Positions 10,028 to 11,689 of a stretch of 11,689 bases of DNA are shown piece after piece. This stretch comes from Elusimicrobiota bacterium (GTDB taxonomy: Bacteria; Elusimicrobiota; Endomicrobiia; CG1-02-37-114; JAHJSO01). The notes beneath the pieces were generated by a model that was not told the DNA's origin, did no database searches, and saw nothing but the letters and a program-made list of their open reading frames with translations. Position numbers and translations under genes: made by a program. The stretch lies in contig JBDRQF010000046.1 in NCBI GenBank assembly GCA_043826435.1, positions 1 to 11,689 on the forward strand, in the 5' to 3' direction. Every line of letters begins with the position of its first letter. The first letter of the stretch is position 1.

Positions 10028-10078
10028 GTTCTTTGTATCTGATTTTGTGAAGTGCTTACAAGGTCTTTTTCTTAAAGA
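10028..10078 (+). repeat. Right-flank repeat, copy 2, between the toxin stop and tRNA-Leu
   Basis: 42/51 identical to 8991-9041. Confidence 0.9.
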
Positions 10079-10085
10079 TGTTTAT

Positions 10086-10171
10086 GGGCGGGTGGCGGAA
10101 CTGGCAGACGCACGGGACTTAAAATCCCGAGTCCACTTGTGGATGTGAGGGTTCAACTCCCTCCCCGCCCA
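10086..10171 (+). tRNA. tRNA-Leu (anticodon TAA), long variable arm, CCA not encoded
   Basis: Acceptor stem GGGCGGG/CCCGCCC plus discriminator A, D-arm GCGGAACTGGCAGACGC, anticodon arm CGGGA-CTTAAAA-TCCCG, variable arm TCCAC/GTGGA and T-arm GAGGG-TTCAACT-CCCTC. Confidence 0.97.
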
Positions 10172-10240
10172 TGAGTAAAGTACTATGCAACCTATGAATG
10201 GGCGGCGAATCTGCTAAAACAGGAGTGTTTTTTATTCTTG

Positions 10241-11422
10241 TTAAGGAGTGACCCTACAGAATTTGTGCTTACCTGAGCGGATAATAATTTGTTTTTCTAT
10301 AACAACTTCTCTATCAGACAGAACCTTCTCTCCGTCAATCTCAACCGCCCCCTGACTTATCAGCCGCCTGGCTTCGTTCCTGCTGGGAGCGAGCGAACAT
10401 TTCACCAGTAAATCGCTCAGTTTATATTTTTTTTCGTCCGCCTTGAACGAGGGGATTTCCTCTTCGGAAGGCAACTCCTTCCTTGAAAACACCCTCTCAA
10501 ACTCTCCGGCGGCCTTCTTTGCTTGTTCTTCACCATGGTACTGCCGCGTGATATAAAAGGCAAGTTTTCCCTTTGCGTCGCGGGGGGAGGATTGGACATC
10601 TTTCTTAACCTGCTCCATGTCAAAATCCGTAAGCAATTCATAGTATGACAGCATCAAAGCATCCGGCAGTGACATGACTTTTCCGTACATATCTTTCGGG
10701 TTATCGTTCAACGCGATGTAATTCCCGTAACTCTTTGACATCTTCTTTTCGCCGTCTGTCCCGACGAGCAGGGGCATCATCATCACAACCTGCGGCTCCT
10801 GCCCGTACTCTTTCTGAATCTGCCGACCCATCAGCAGATTAAACTTCTGGTCGGTCCCACCGAGTTCTACGTCAGCCCTGATTGCAACCGAGTCATACCC
10901 CTGTATGAGAGGGTAGAGAAATTCAAGTATGGTTATGTCAACGTCACTCCTGTATCTGTCTTTGAAGTCAGCCCTGTGGAGCATCTGCGCCACCGTGGAA
11001 TGCCTTGCCAACTCAAGCATTCCCTGCAACCCGAGGGGATAAAGCCAGTGGCTGTTCCACACGACCTCGGTCTTCTCCCTGTCAAGTATCTTAAAAACCT
11101 GCTGTTGGTAAGTGTTTGCATTCGCCATTATTTCCTTCTCGCTCGTCATCGGCCTTGTTTTGTCCTGGCCCGACGGGTCGCCTATACGCGCAGTCAGGTC
11201 GCCTATGATAAAAACAATGGTGTGCCCCATGTCCTGGAACTGCCTTAACTTCCTCAACAGGACGGTGTGCCCTAAGTGTAAATCCGGTGCAGTCGGGTCA
11301 ACGCCCAACTTTATACGCAACGGCTTGCCTGCCGCCAATTTCTTAAGCAGTTCCTCTTCAGAAATTGTTTCAGCCACACCTCTTTTGATTGTATCAGGAA
11401 ACTTTTTATTGTCAACTGTCAT
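10241..11422 (-). CDS. tyrS: Tyrosine--tRNA ligase
   Basis: [13 protein letters not shown] (HIGH-like), [29 protein letters not shown] and a C-terminal S4-like domain ([18 protein letters not shown]). Confidence 0.98.
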   Translation of the reverse strand: MTVDNKKFPDTIKRGVAETISEEELLKKLAAGKPLRIKLGVDPTAPDLHLGHTVLLRKLRQFQDMGHTIVFIIGDLTARIGDPSGQDKTRPMTSEKEIMANANTYQQQVFKILDREKTEVVWNSHWLYPLGLQGMLELARHSTVAQMLHRADFKDRYRSDVDITILEFLYPLIQGYDSVAIRADVELGGTDQKFNLLMGRQIQKEYGQEPQVVMMMPLLVGTDGEKKMSKSYGNYIALNDNPKDMYGKVMSLPDALMLSYYELLTDFDMEQVKKDVQSSPRDAKGKLAFYITRQYHGEEQAKKAAGEFERVFSRKELPSEEEIPSFKADEKKYKLSDLLVKCSLAPSRNEARRLISQGAVEIDGEKVLSDREVVIEKQIIIRSGKHKFCRVTP

Positions 11423-11490
11423 ACGGGTAACCTCTTTTTCACTACGGCGTTTTTGCTGAAAATCCCGGGAAGTTTATTGCACTGTCTATA

Positions 11491-11519
11491 ATGATACAAA
11501 ATCAGAAAAAAATTGTCAA
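11491..11519 (-). promoter_or_regulatory. Sigma70-type promoter of tyrS
   Basis: Minus strand TTGACA (11519-11514), 17-nt spacer, TATCAT (11496-11491). Confidence 0.7.
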
Positions 11520-11524
11520 ATCAC

Positions 11525-11553
11525 TTGACGGCAGGGAATTTATTTTGTATAAT
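11525..11553 (+). promoter_or_regulatory. Sigma70-type promoter of the divergent gene
   Basis: TTGACG (11525-11530), 17-nt spacer, TATAAT (11548-11553). Confidence 0.75.
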
Positions 11554-11618
11554 TGTTTTAACAGAATATCATTGTCCCGCCGTTAACGTCCGGACAAAAA
11601 GTAAAAGGAGATTTGCGA

Positions 11619-11689
11619 ATGTCAAAATCCAAAAAGATCACCATTAACAAAGAAATCCTTGCAAAGACGGTCAACCGGTGCAAGGAAAG
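11619..11689 (+). CDS. 5' end of a CDS running off the window (MSKSKKITINKEILAKTVNRCKE...); product uncertain, faintly reminiscent of the N-terminus of a PLP-dependent beta-family enzyme
   Basis: Promoter, AAAAGGAG RBS (11603-11610) and ATG 11619 with an open frame to the window end. Only 23 codons are visible, so the product guess is weak. Confidence 0.6.
   Translation, partial: MSKSKKITINKEILAKTVNRCKE

Noticed and set aside
10198..10205. ATGGGCGG repeat of the tRNA 5' end (10084-10091) as a possible att site
   Set aside because: It is only 8 bp, encloses just the tRNA, and no integrase is present.
10218..10242. Hairpin between tRNA-Leu and tyrS as a bidirectional terminator
   Set aside because: The stem is weak and rich in A-U and G-U pairs, with no U-tract after it, so support is insufficient.

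Overview
Bacterial chromosomal window. The left part is housekeeping on the + strand: a partial TPR protein, a phosphoglucomutase/phosphomannomutase, an O-antigen-ligase-like membrane protein with C-terminal TPRs, enolase, an FtsB/DivIC-like protein and a PflX-like radical SAM protein. From about 6550 to 10080 there is a visibly AT-rich accessory islet directly upstream of a tRNA-Leu(TAA). It holds an AAA_14/DUF4143 ATPase, a frameshifted antitoxin fragment, an NYN (LabA/DUF88, PIN-fold) nuclease gene, a 205-bp internally deleted IS3-family element and an intact antitoxin plus RelE/ParE-type toxin pair. tyrS (minus strand) and the start of a divergent gene close the window. Two signals stand out. 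(1) The NYN gene has its own strong promoter followed immediately by two 37-nt repeats that each fold into a C(UUCG)G hairpin with compensatory base changes; the second doubles as a terminator. This is a type III toxin-antitoxin-like layout with an unexpected nuclease family. (2) The NYN module sits between copies of the same left and right flanks that bracket the intact type II TA pair, as if it replaced the cargo of a duplicated TA cassette. All functional calls come from motif recognition by eye; no database searches were run.
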